Positions 37,213-45,042 of a DNA stretch of 64,000 nucleotides are shown here, in pieces. Position 1 is the stretch's first letter. Each line of letters starts with the position of its first letter. Position numbers and translations under genes: made by a program. This DNA is from an uncultured Gemmatimonadales bacterium (GTDB lineage Bacteria; Gemmatimonadota; Gemmatimonadetes; Longimicrobiales; RSA9). The DNA lies in contig CAWCUS010000002.1 of NCBI GenBank assembly GCA_963798845.1, forward strand, positions 10,073-74,072, read 5' to 3'. The notes below the pieces were generated by a model. The model searched no databases, had not been told where the DNA came from, and saw only the letters and a list, made by a program, of their open reading frames with translations.

Positions 37213-39095
37213 GTGAATCGGCAACGCTGACGGAATACGACCGCTACCTTTTCAACGAGGGGAGCCATCAGGCCGTGTACGAGCGCCTCGGTGCGCACCC
37301 GGAGGCGGACGGGACGCGCTTCGCGGTCTGGGCCCCATCGGCGGAGGCGGTGAGCGTCATCGGGGACTTCAACGACTGGGACAAGACCGCGACGCCGCTG
37401 GAGCCTCAGGGCTCGTCCGGGATCTGGACCGGGCGGGTGCCCGGCGTGGAACGGGGTGCGATCTACAAGTATCACATCCGCTCGCGCCGTGCCGGGTACC
37501 GCGTGGACAAGGCGGACCCGGTAGGGTTCCACCAGGAAACGCCACCGAAGACGGGGTCGGTGGTGTGGGATCTGGCTTACGATTGGGGAGACGAGGAATG
37601 GCTGGCGGGGCGCGGCGAGCGGAACCGCCTGGACTCGCCGATCTCGATCTACGAAGTGCACCTGGGATCGTGGATGCGGCCGCCGGACCGGGAGTTCAAC
37701 ACGTACCGGGAGATGGCGCCTCGCCTGGCGGAGTACGTGCGCGACGCCGGCTTCACGCACGTGGAGCTGCTCCCGATCATGGAGCACCCGTTCTACGGGT
37801 CGTGGGGGTACCAGACCACCGGGTACTTCGCGCCAACGAGCCGCTACGGCACGCCGCAGGACTTCATGTACCTGGTGGACCACCTGCACCAGGCGGGGAT
37901 CGGCGTGATCCTGGACTGGGTCCCCAGCCACTTCCCGAACGACGAGCACGGGCTGGCCTACTTCGACGGCACGCACCTCTTCGAGCACTCCGACCCCCGG
38001 AAGGGGTACCACCCCGACTGGAAGTCCGGGATCTTCAATTACGGCCGGAACGAAGTGCGCAGCTTCCTGATCAGCAGCGCCATGTTCTGGCTCGACCGAT
38101 ACCACGTGGATGGGCTGCGTGTGGACGCGGTCGCCTCCATGCTCTACCTCGACTACTCGAGGCAGGAAGGGGAGTGGATCCCCAACCAGCACGGAGGGCG
38201 TGAGAACCTGGAAGCGATCTCCTTCCTGCGACAGCTGAACAGGGCGGTGTACGAGCGCTTTCCGGACGTACAGACGTTCGCGGAGGAGTCCACCGCATGG
38301 CCGATGGTGTCGCGCCCGCCGGAGATCGGCGGGCTCGGCTTCGGGCTGAAGTGGGACATGGGGTGGATGCACGACACGCTCGAGTACATGGCCCGCGACC
38401 CGGTCCACCGCGTGCACCACCACGACGAGATCACGTTCCGGGCCGTGTACATGTTCACGGAGAACTACACCCTGCCGCTGTCACACGACGAAGTGGTCTA
38501 CGGGAAAGGGTCGCTGATCGGCAAGATGCCCGGCGACGCCTGGCAAAAGCGGGCCAACCTGCGAACGCTCCTGGCGTACATGTACGGCCAACCGGGCAAG
38601 AAGCTGCTGTTCATGGGGGGCGAGTTCGGCCAGTGGGGGGAATGGGCGCACGAGCACGAACTGGAATGGGGGCTGCTCGAGCAGCCGGAGCACCGGGGTC
38701 TGCTCAAGCTCACCTCCGCCCTCAACACCCTGTACCGCGAGCGACCGGAGCTGTACGAGAAGGATACCGTGCCGGAAGGGTACGAATGGGTGATCGGCGA
38801 CGACCGCGCCAACAGCGTCCTCGCCTTCCTCCGGCGCGGCCACGACCGGGGCAGCGCCGTGCTCTGCGTATACAACTTCACCCCCGTCCCCCGCGACGAA
38901 TACCGCGTCGGCGTCCCGTTCGCGGGGACGTGGGACGTGCTGCTGGACTCCGACGCCGAGCAGTTCGGCGGGAGCGGGTACGCCGCATCGCAGGAAACGG
39001 TGGAGACCGACGAAGAGCCGGCGCACGGGCGGGAGCAGTCGCTCTCGCTGGTGCTGCCGCCGCTGGCAGCGGTGTTCCTGGCGCCGCGGCGGTAG
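37209..39095 (+). CDS. glgB: 1,4-alpha-glucan branching enzyme GlgB
   Basis: 628 aa. The ATG overlaps the malQ stop (ATGA). [31 protein letters not shown] and [10 protein letters not shown]. Confidence 0.9.
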   Translation: MSESATLTEYDRYLFNEGSHQAVYERLGAHPEADGTRFAVWAPSAEAVSVIGDFNDWDKTATPLEPQGSSGIWTGRVPGVERGAIYKYHIRSRRAGYRVDKADPVGFHQETPPKTGSVVWDLAYDWGDEEWLAGRGERNRLDSPISIYEVHLGSWMRPPDREFNTYREMAPRLAEYVRDAGFTHVELLPIMEHPFYGSWGYQTTGYFAPTSRYGTPQDFMYLVDHLHQAGIGVILDWVPSHFPNDEHGLAYFDGTHLFEHSDPRKGYHPDWKSGIFNYGRNEVRSFLISSAMFWLDRYHVDGLRVDAVASMLYLDYSRQEGEWIPNQHGGRENLEAISFLRQLNRAVYERFPDVQTFAEESTAWPMVSRPPEIGGLGFGLKWDMGWMHDTLEYMARDPVHRVHHHDEITFRAVYMFTENYTLPLSHDEVVYGKGSLIGKMPGDAWQKRANLRTLLAYMYGQPGKKLLFMGGEFGQWGEWAHEHELEWGLLEQPEHRGLLKLTSALNTLYRERPELYEKDTVPEGYEWVIGDDRANSVLAFLRRGHDRGSAVLCVYNFTPVPRDEYRVGVPFAGTWDVLLDSDAEQFGGSGYAASQETVETDEEPAHGREQSLSLVLPPLAAVFLAPRR

Positions 39096-39198
39096 GCGCC
39101 GGGCCACGCCGCTTCGAATCCGGCTCCGCCGGGCGGCGCCGGGACGCGCCGCTTCGAATCCGGCTCCGCCGGGCGGCGCGGGACGCGCCGCTTCGAAA
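39095..39198. repeat. Tandem repeat, ~2.6 copies of a 40-bp GC-rich hairpin-forming unit, starting at the glgB stop codon
   Basis: Units at 39095, 39135 and 39175 (partial): GGCGCCGGG(CCA|ACG)CGCCGCTTCGAATCCGGCTCCGCCGGGC. Each contains a CCGGC-tcc-GCCGG hairpin and outer GCGCCGC/GCGGCGC arms. Confidence 0.8.
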
Positions 39199-39275
39199 GC
39201 GAGCGGAGCGAGCGTGCGTGGCTCACCTGGCGCGAGGACATCAACCTGCCTGGGCCTTTCCAGGCGCAAGGACAC

Positions 39276-41879
39276 ATGAACGACCAGAAACCCCGTTACC
39301 TCTGCATCCACGGGCACTTCTATCAGCCGCCCCGCGAGAACCCGTGGCTGGAGGCGATCGAGCGCCAGGACTCGGCGTTCCCGTACCACGACTGGAACGC
39401 CCGCATCGACGCTGAGTGCTACGGCCCGAACGCGGTGTCCCGGATCCTGGACGACATGGGCAGGATCCGGGAGCTGGTGAACAACTACGAGCGCATCAGC
39501 TTCAACTTCGGGCCCACGCTCCTGCACTGGATGGAGGACCACGCACCGGCGACGTACCAGGCCGTGCTGGACGCCGATGAGCGCAGCATCGAGCGGTTCA
39601 GCGGCCACGGCTCCGCGCTGGCGCAGGTCTACAACCATGTCATCATGCCTCTCGCGAACGGCCGCGACCGGCGCACGGAGGTGATCTGGGGGATCCGCGA
39701 CTTCCAGCACCGGTTCGGGCGGAGGCCGGAGGGGATGTGGCTGGCGGAGACGGCCGCGGACATCCCGACGCTGGAGGCCCTCGCGGAGCACGGGATCCGC
39801 TTCACCATCCTGGCGCCGCACCAGGCGGCGGCGGTCCGCCCGCTGGCGAGAGCCGCGGCGGCGAGCGGAGCCGGCGTGCCCTCGGAGTCAGGGCCGTATG
39901 CGCCATCGAAGGGTGGCGACAATGGGGCGGGAGGGGATGGGAGCAGTCCCGAAGGGGAGTACCTGAACGACGCCGCTGGGGCCGGTGCCCCCCAGGGTGG
40001 GGATGCCGCGAGCGAAGCTCCGTGGCAGGATGTGACGGGGGCGAGGATCGACCCCACCCGCGCGTACCTTTGCCGTCTGCCCAGTGGTCGGGAGATCACG
40101 CTCTTCTTCTACGACGGTCCGGTCTCCCGCGCAGTGGCGTTCGAAGGGCTCCTCCGCAGCGGTGAGACCTTTGCTTCACGGCTGATGGAGATGTTCCAGC
40201 CGGATCGCGACTGGCCGCAGCTCGGGCACATCGCCACCGATGGGGAGACTTACGGCCACCACCACCGGTACGGGGACATGGCGCTCGCCCGCGCGCTCCA
40301 GGCGATCGAGCAGCGCCGGGACGTCCAGCTGACGAATTACGGAGAGTACCTCGAGCGGCATCCGCCCGTGCACGAGGTTCGGATCCTGGAGTCGACGTCC
40401 TGGAGCTGCTCGCACGGGGTGGACCGATGGAGAGCGAACTGCGGCTGCAACACGGGCGGGCGCCCGGAGTGGACGCAGGAGTGGCGCGGTCCGCTGCGCG
40501 ACGCGCTGGACTGGCTGCGGGACGAGCTCGCGCCGCGCTATGAAGCGGCTGCGTCGGAGCTGGTGGAGGATCCGTGGGCGGCGAGGGACGACTACATCAA
40601 TGTCATCCTGGATCGGGAGCCGGAGGTGATCGACGCCTTCCTCGAGAAGCACGCGTCGCGGGACCTGGACTTCCTCGAGCGTGTCCGGCTGACGAAGCTG
40701 CTGGAGCTCCAGCGTCACGCGCTTCTCATGTACACCAGCTGCGGTTGGTTCTTCGATGAGCTTTCGGGGATCGAGACGGTGCAGGTGATCGAGTACGCCG
40801 CGCGGGTGCTCCAGCTGGCGGAGGATGCGCTGGAGTACCGGGTGGAAGAGCCGTTCCTCCAGGAGATGCAGGACGCGGTCTCCAACATTCCCGAGCAGGA
40901 GAACGGCCGAGCGATCTATGACAGGTCGGTGCGCGGTTCGCGCGTGGACCTCTCGGAGGTGGGTGCGCACTTCGCCATCTCGTCGCTGTTCGGCGACGCC
41001 GCGGAGCAGACCCGGGAGTACTGCTACGACATCGACGTGGCGGACGTGGACCAGCAACAGGCAGGGCGCGCGCGCCTCGCCACGGGGCTGATCACCGTGA
41101 CCTCGCGGGTGACCAAGGAGGTGGCAGTCCTCAGCTACGGCGTGCTGCATCTGGGCGACCACACCATCCACGCGGGCGTCCGCCCCTTCATCGACGCCAA
41201 CGCCTTCGACGCCATGCGGGAGGAAGTGACGGCGCCGTTCGAGGCGGCGGAGTTCACGGAGACGATCCAGACTCTGGACCGTCACTTCCACAATTCGACC
41301 TACAATCTCCGCTCGCTCTTCCAGGACCAGCGGCGGCAGGTGCTCGATCAGATCATCCAGTCGACGCTGGGCGACGCGGAAGGGGCGTACCGCCAGGTCT
41401 ACGAGCGCAACGCGCCGCTGATGCGGTTCCTGCACGACCTTTCCATCCCGATGCCGGCCGCCCTTTCACTGGCCGGTGAGTACGTGATCAACACGAGCCT
41501 GCTCCGGGAGGTCTCGAGCGTGGACATGGACGCAGACCGCGTCCGCTCGCTGCTTCGCGACGCCCGCCGCCGGGAGATCATGCTGGACCGGGAGGGGATC
41601 GGGTTCGCGCTCCAGGGCACACTGGAGCGTATGGCGCTCGAGCTGCTGGCGGAGCCGGACGAGCTGCCGCTGCTGGAGCGGCTGGAAGCCGCGACGCTCC
41701 TTGTGAAGGAGTCGCCGTTCGACGTCAATCTGTGGACCCTGCAGAACGCGCTCTACGACCTGCGGCGCGACCACTCCGGATCCGTGCGGGCGAACGCGGA
41801 CGCGGGTGACGCGCGGGCGAAGCGCTGGCTGACGCATTTCCGCCCGCTTGTCGAAGCGGTGGGCGTGGCGTTCCCCTAG
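39276..41879 (+). CDS. Glycoside hydrolase family 57 protein with a DUF3536-type C-terminal region
   Basis: 867 aa. YLCIHGHFYQPPRENPW, NFGPTLLHWM, HVIMPLA, GMWLAETA and ATDGETYGHH. A low-complexity insert spans ~39846-40022. Confidence 0.85.
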   Translation: MNDQKPRYLCIHGHFYQPPRENPWLEAIERQDSAFPYHDWNARIDAECYGPNAVSRILDDMGRIRELVNNYERISFNFGPTLLHWMEDHAPATYQAVLDADERSIERFSGHGSALAQVYNHVIMPLANGRDRRTEVIWGIRDFQHRFGRRPEGMWLAETAADIPTLEALAEHGIRFTILAPHQAAAVRPLARAAAASGAGVPSESGPYAPSKGGDNGAGGDGSSPEGEYLNDAAGAGAPQGGDAASEAPWQDVTGARIDPTRAYLCRLPSGREITLFFYDGPVSRAVAFEGLLRSGETFASRLMEMFQPDRDWPQLGHIATDGETYGHHHRYGDMALARALQAIEQRRDVQLTNYGEYLERHPPVHEVRILESTSWSCSHGVDRWRANCGCNTGGRPEWTQEWRGPLRDALDWLRDELAPRYEAAASELVEDPWAARDDYINVILDREPEVIDAFLEKHASRDLDFLERVRLTKLLELQRHALLMYTSCGWFFDELSGIETVQVIEYAARVLQLAEDALEYRVEEPFLQEMQDAVSNIPEQENGRAIYDRSVRGSRVDLSEVGAHFAISSLFGDAAEQTREYCYDIDVADVDQQQAGRARLATGLITVTSRVTKEVAVLSYGVLHLGDHTIHAGVRPFIDANAFDAMREEVTAPFEAAEFTETIQTLDRHFHNSTYNLRSLFQDQRRQVLDQIIQSTLGDAEGAYRQVYERNAPLMRFLHDLSIPMPAALSLAGEYVINTSLLREVSSVDMDADRVRSLLRDARRREIMLDREGIGFALQGTLERMALELLAEPDELPLLERLEAATLLVKESPFDVNLWTLQNALYDLRRDHSGSVRANADAGDARAKRWLTHFRPLVEAVGVAFP

Positions 41880-41980
41880 GGGCCGCGCTCACCGTTTGGC
41901 TCTCGCGAGGCCCCGCGCGCCCCCTGGCCGCCCAGGGCCCCCCGGGCCCCCGGGCCCCCCGACGCCCCCTGGGCCTCCGC

Positions 41981-43297
41981 CTACCGGAACGACAGCGCGA
42001 GCCCGAGCGCCGCCAGGGTCTGGTCGCCGAAGTCGTCGTGCCGGGTCGCCGCGGCGCCGTTGATCTGGAACGCGCCGAGATGCACCCCGAGCCCGCCGGC
42101 GAGCTGATATCCGCCGGAGACGGCGGATACGCCAGCCTGGAGCGGAAGGAAAGGTAGGATGGTGAGCTCGGCCCCGAGGCCGGCGTGGGTGCGCGCGCCG
42201 ACGTGCAGGTCGTCGCCGAAGGCGTGCCTCAGGTCTCCCGTGACCGTCAGATAGGGGAGCACTCGGGCGGCAGCACCGGCGGCGAGCACGGGCGAGAACG
42301 TGAACAGGTCGTCGATCCGGCGAGCGACGTCGCCGGGGAGCGGCCCGTCGCCCGGCACCAGGTCGAAGCTGGTATAGGACGTGTCGGCCGTCCACACCGC
42401 CGCGCCCGCCCGATACTCCACGTTCGACGTGTCCCACTCGAAGGTGTTGAACAGGTTCTGGAGGACGACGCCGGCCGAGAAGATCCCGCCCTGCCAGGCC
42501 GCGCCGACGTCCATCCCGACGCCGCGCCCGTTGTCGAAGAACTGGCTCTCGCCGGCCTCGCGGGCGCTGTCCGAGAGGGGCGAGCTGACCACCGGGAAGT
42601 GGATGGTCACGGCCACCGGGTCGCTGGTGATGCTGCCTCCCTCCTCCTGTCCGGAGATGAAGAAGTTGCCGACCGTGTACTTCAGCGTGACGCCCAGGGC
42701 GAAATGCTGGTCGGGTAGTGATCCCAGGCGGAGCGCCAGCGGAGCTGCGAAGCTGGCGGCGATCGTGCTCGTTCCCGCCATGTCGAATCGGGACCCGGCG
42801 AGGGTGTAGTCGCCCGGCTCACCCGAGAGGCCGGCGTTGCCGAACAGGAGCAGCTCGGCGACGTCCGGGGCGAGATTGATGCGCCCGCGGAGACTGGTGG
42901 AAGCGGACAGCGCGAAGTGGCCGGCGCTGAACGCCACGTAGGTGACGTCGCCGCCGAGGTCACCCTTCTCGCCGCCATCGCCGCGGATGGCGTCGAGCCA
43001 GGCGAGCTTGACGTCCCGCGGAATCAGCTCGCCTCCGTAGTCGGCCAGGTCACCGGTTGTCACGGGCCCCACGCCGACCATGCCGACGATAGGGATCACC
43101 GTGACGGAGGTCTCCGGGTTGTCCGGCATCCCGAGCCCCGCCGGGTTCCAAGCGGGCGCGGAGAAGCCGCGGGCGAGGGCCGTGTAGTTTTCGCCGAGGC
43201 CGAGGGCGCGAGCCGAGGGGTTGCCAACCTGGGCGCTGGCGGCGGCGGGCAAGGCAAGGGCGAGCGCCGCGGCGGCGCCGAAGCAGAGAGCGCGCAT
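41981..43297 (-). CDS. Putative outer-membrane beta-barrel protein (PorV/PorQ-like N-terminal motif, unverified)
   Basis: 438 aa. Signal peptide MRALCFGAAAALALALPAAASAQ, then GNPSARALGLGENYTALARGFSAPAWNPAGLG. Gly-rich and beta-rich throughout. The start overlaps the stop of the upstream lipoprotein gene. Confidence 0.6.
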   Translation of the reverse strand: MRALCFGAAAALALALPAAASAQVGNPSARALGLGENYTALARGFSAPAWNPAGLGMPDNPETSVTVIPIVGMVGVGPVTTGDLADYGGELIPRDVKLAWLDAIRGDGGEKGDLGGDVTYVAFSAGHFALSASTSLRGRINLAPDVAELLLFGNAGLSGEPGDYTLAGSRFDMAGTSTIAASFAAPLALRLGSLPDQHFALGVTLKYTVGNFFISGQEEGGSITSDPVAVTIHFPVVSSPLSDSAREAGESQFFDNGRGVGMDVGAAWQGGIFSAGVVLQNLFNTFEWDTSNVEYRAGAAVWTADTSYTSFDLVPGDGPLPGDVARRIDDLFTFSPVLAAGAAARVLPYLTVTGDLRHAFGDDLHVGARTHAGLGAELTILPFLPLQAGVSAVSGGYQLAGGLGVHLGAFQINGAAATRHDDFGDQTLAALGLALSFR

Positions 43298-44355
43298 CAG
43301 CCAACCTCCGCCGTGTCGCCAATCAGGAGCACAGCGTTCAGCTCGATCGCCACACGGATCCTGTCGGTCGGGTGAAGCGTGACGGACCCCGTCTGGCTCG
43401 TGCCCGTTCCGGTGGCGGTGATCCGAACGTCCGGGCTCGACAGCAGACTGCGGAGCTGCTCCGGGGTGAAGTCCACCCGCACCTGCTGCTCGCCCGGCTG
43501 GAGCGGCACGGTCCTGCGGATGGTGCCGTCGGCCACGCCGAAGTCGAGGACGAGGGAGCCGGACACCGCCAACGGGTTGTCGGTCGACAGGATCAGCGCC
43601 CCCGACTGGACGTGGCTCACGATGGTCGAGTCCACGTCCAGGTTCGCGGTCTGGCTGTACGGCCCGAACGCGCGCGTGTCCAGGGGCACCGTGGCGCCGG
43701 AGAACTGCAGCGTTCCGGGCGACAGCGTGACCTTCAGGCCGTCATCCGCGCCGACGCTCACCGGGCCTCCGGCGGGCGAGTACACGATCACGTCGAAACC
43801 GAGCTGCCCGGTGACCGTGGCGGGCTCCAGCTCGAGCGACGGACGGAGCGTGTCCGCTGCCGTGAAGCGCGCGTCCGCCCCGTCGATGCTGTCCTGCGCG
43901 ACCAGAACGCCGTCGCTGGTCACGCGCACCACGACATAGCCGTGCCCGGTCGCGCCGGGCGGCGACAGAGGATCGAACTCCAGCGTGTGCGTGATGGCCA
44001 TGGCCACCGACCCGCCGGCCACCTCGGCGGAGACCAGGTCGGTGGCCAGCGTGGTGGTGGCGGTGAGCGTTTGGCGGAACTGCGGTTTCACGGGCAGGGT
44101 CCCGGTCCCGGGGCACAGCCCGCCGCACAGGCTGGCGAGGGACACCGACACCGCAGTGCCGGGATAACTCACGACGAAGCGGCTGCTGTCCGGGCTCAAC
44201 CCGATGCCGTCCGGCAGGAAATCGGCCGTGCCGACCGTCACCGAGTCGAGCGCCACCTGCCATTCCTGCTCGAGGAGCGGCGCCTCGGTGGGAACATCGC
44301 ACGCCACGGCGAATGCGGCGGCAGCTGCGAGCGTCGCGAGGCATCGTCGCGTCAT
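43297..44355 (-). CDS. Hypothetical lipoprotein (352 aa, beta-rich, no recognised domain)
   Basis: The Met at 44355 gives MTRRCLATLAAAAAFAVACD (lipobox). AGGAG is upstream. Ser/Thr/Val/Gly-rich. Confidence 0.6.
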   Translation of the reverse strand: MTRRCLATLAAAAAFAVACDVPTEAPLLEQEWQVALDSVTVGTADFLPDGIGLSPDSSRFVVSYPGTAVSVSLASLCGGLCPGTGTLPVKPQFRQTLTATTTLATDLVSAEVAGGSVAMAITHTLEFDPLSPPGATGHGYVVVRVTSDGVLVAQDSIDGADARFTAADTLRPSLELEPATVTGQLGFDVIVYSPAGGPVSVGADDGLKVTLSPGTLQFSGATVPLDTRAFGPYSQTANLDVDSTIVSHVQSGALILSTDNPLAVSGSLVLDFGVADGTIRRTVPLQPGEQQVRVDFTPEQLRSLLSSPDVRITATGTGTSQTGSVTLHPTDRIRVAIELNAVLLIGDTAEVG

Positions 44356-44418
44356 GATGGGTTCGGCTCCTGATCCGGATGTGTCGCGCCTGAAGAGCAT
44401 GCATGGGAGAGAGAGCAA

Positions 44419-44448
44419 ATGATAAACCGGTCGAGCCGGCAGCGTCAA
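44419..44448 (-). promoter_or_regulatory. Sigma-70-like promoter TTGACG-18 nt-TATCAT for the lipoprotein/barrel pair
   Basis: Read on the minus strand: cgcgTTGACGctgccggctcgaccggtTTATCATttgc, ~60 nt upstream of the 44355 start. Confidence 0.45.
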
Positions 44449-44505
44449 CGCGCGACCGGGGGGCGGGGGGTGGCTTCGGGCAGCAGCAGACGGGCGACTC
44501 GGTGG

Positions 44506-45042
44506 TCAGCGAGGCGGCGCGACTTCACCCCACGACGACGGCGAGGTCCCGGGCTCGCCGGCGATCCATACCCGCCGGCCGACGAGCGCCCGGAGCCCGG
44601 CCGGAGCCTCGCCGAACCGGACGCGGTGGCCGTCGCCGGTGGCGAGCACGGCGGCGCCGCCATCGAGCTCGAGGACGCCGTCGACGACGGGCATGTCGGC
44701 CACCTTCTCGACCCGGAACCATCGGACGCGCAGCTCGTCGTCGCGGCGGTCGCCGACCACGACCGCTTCCGCGCGGGAAAGGGAGAGGAGCGAGTCGGCG
44801 ACGGGGCCGGTGAGGCGAACGCGGGCGTCGTCGGTCCGCAACTCGACGCGGGGAAGCGGATCGGCGCCCGTGACCAGGATCATCCCGGAAAGCGTGTCCC
44901 GCGCCTGCGGCGCGAGCTCGGCGGGGCGGCCGCCGGCGCGGCAGCCCGGGGCCACGAGTCCCAGCGCACCGGCCAGGAGGAGGCCGATCACCGGACCGCC
45001 GGCGGGCCGGACCCGCGGGAAGGGAGGGCGGGGACGCATCAT
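44506..45042 (-). CDS. Hypothetical small lipoprotein (178 aa), translationally coupled to the upstream metalloprotease
   Basis: ATGATG at 45042/45039 overlaps the protease stop (ATGA). Lipobox LGLVAPGC. No recognised domain. Confidence 0.55.
   Translation of the reverse strand: MMRPRPPFPRVRPAGGPVIGLLLAGALGLVAPGCRAGGRPAELAPQARDTLSGMILVTGADPLPRVELRTDDARVRLTGPVADSLLSLSRAEAVVVGDRRDDELRVRWFRVEKVADMPVVDGVLELDGGAAVLATGDGHRVRFGEAPAGLRALVGRRVWIAGEPGTSPSSWGEVAPPR

Noticed and set aside
39095-39198. tRNA 3'-end fragments or att sites, suggested by the TTCGAATCC string
   Set aside because: No cloverleaf can be built: position 53 is C, and there are no D or anticodon arms. No integrase or island-like genes are adjacent, so a hairpin repeat is the simpler reading.
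41848-42063. 71-aa ORF with a PGPPGPPGPP collagen-like repeat
   Set aside because: It arises from translating the GGGCCC-rich terminator spacer and overlaps the 3' ends of two convergent genes. It has no RBS and no coding bias.
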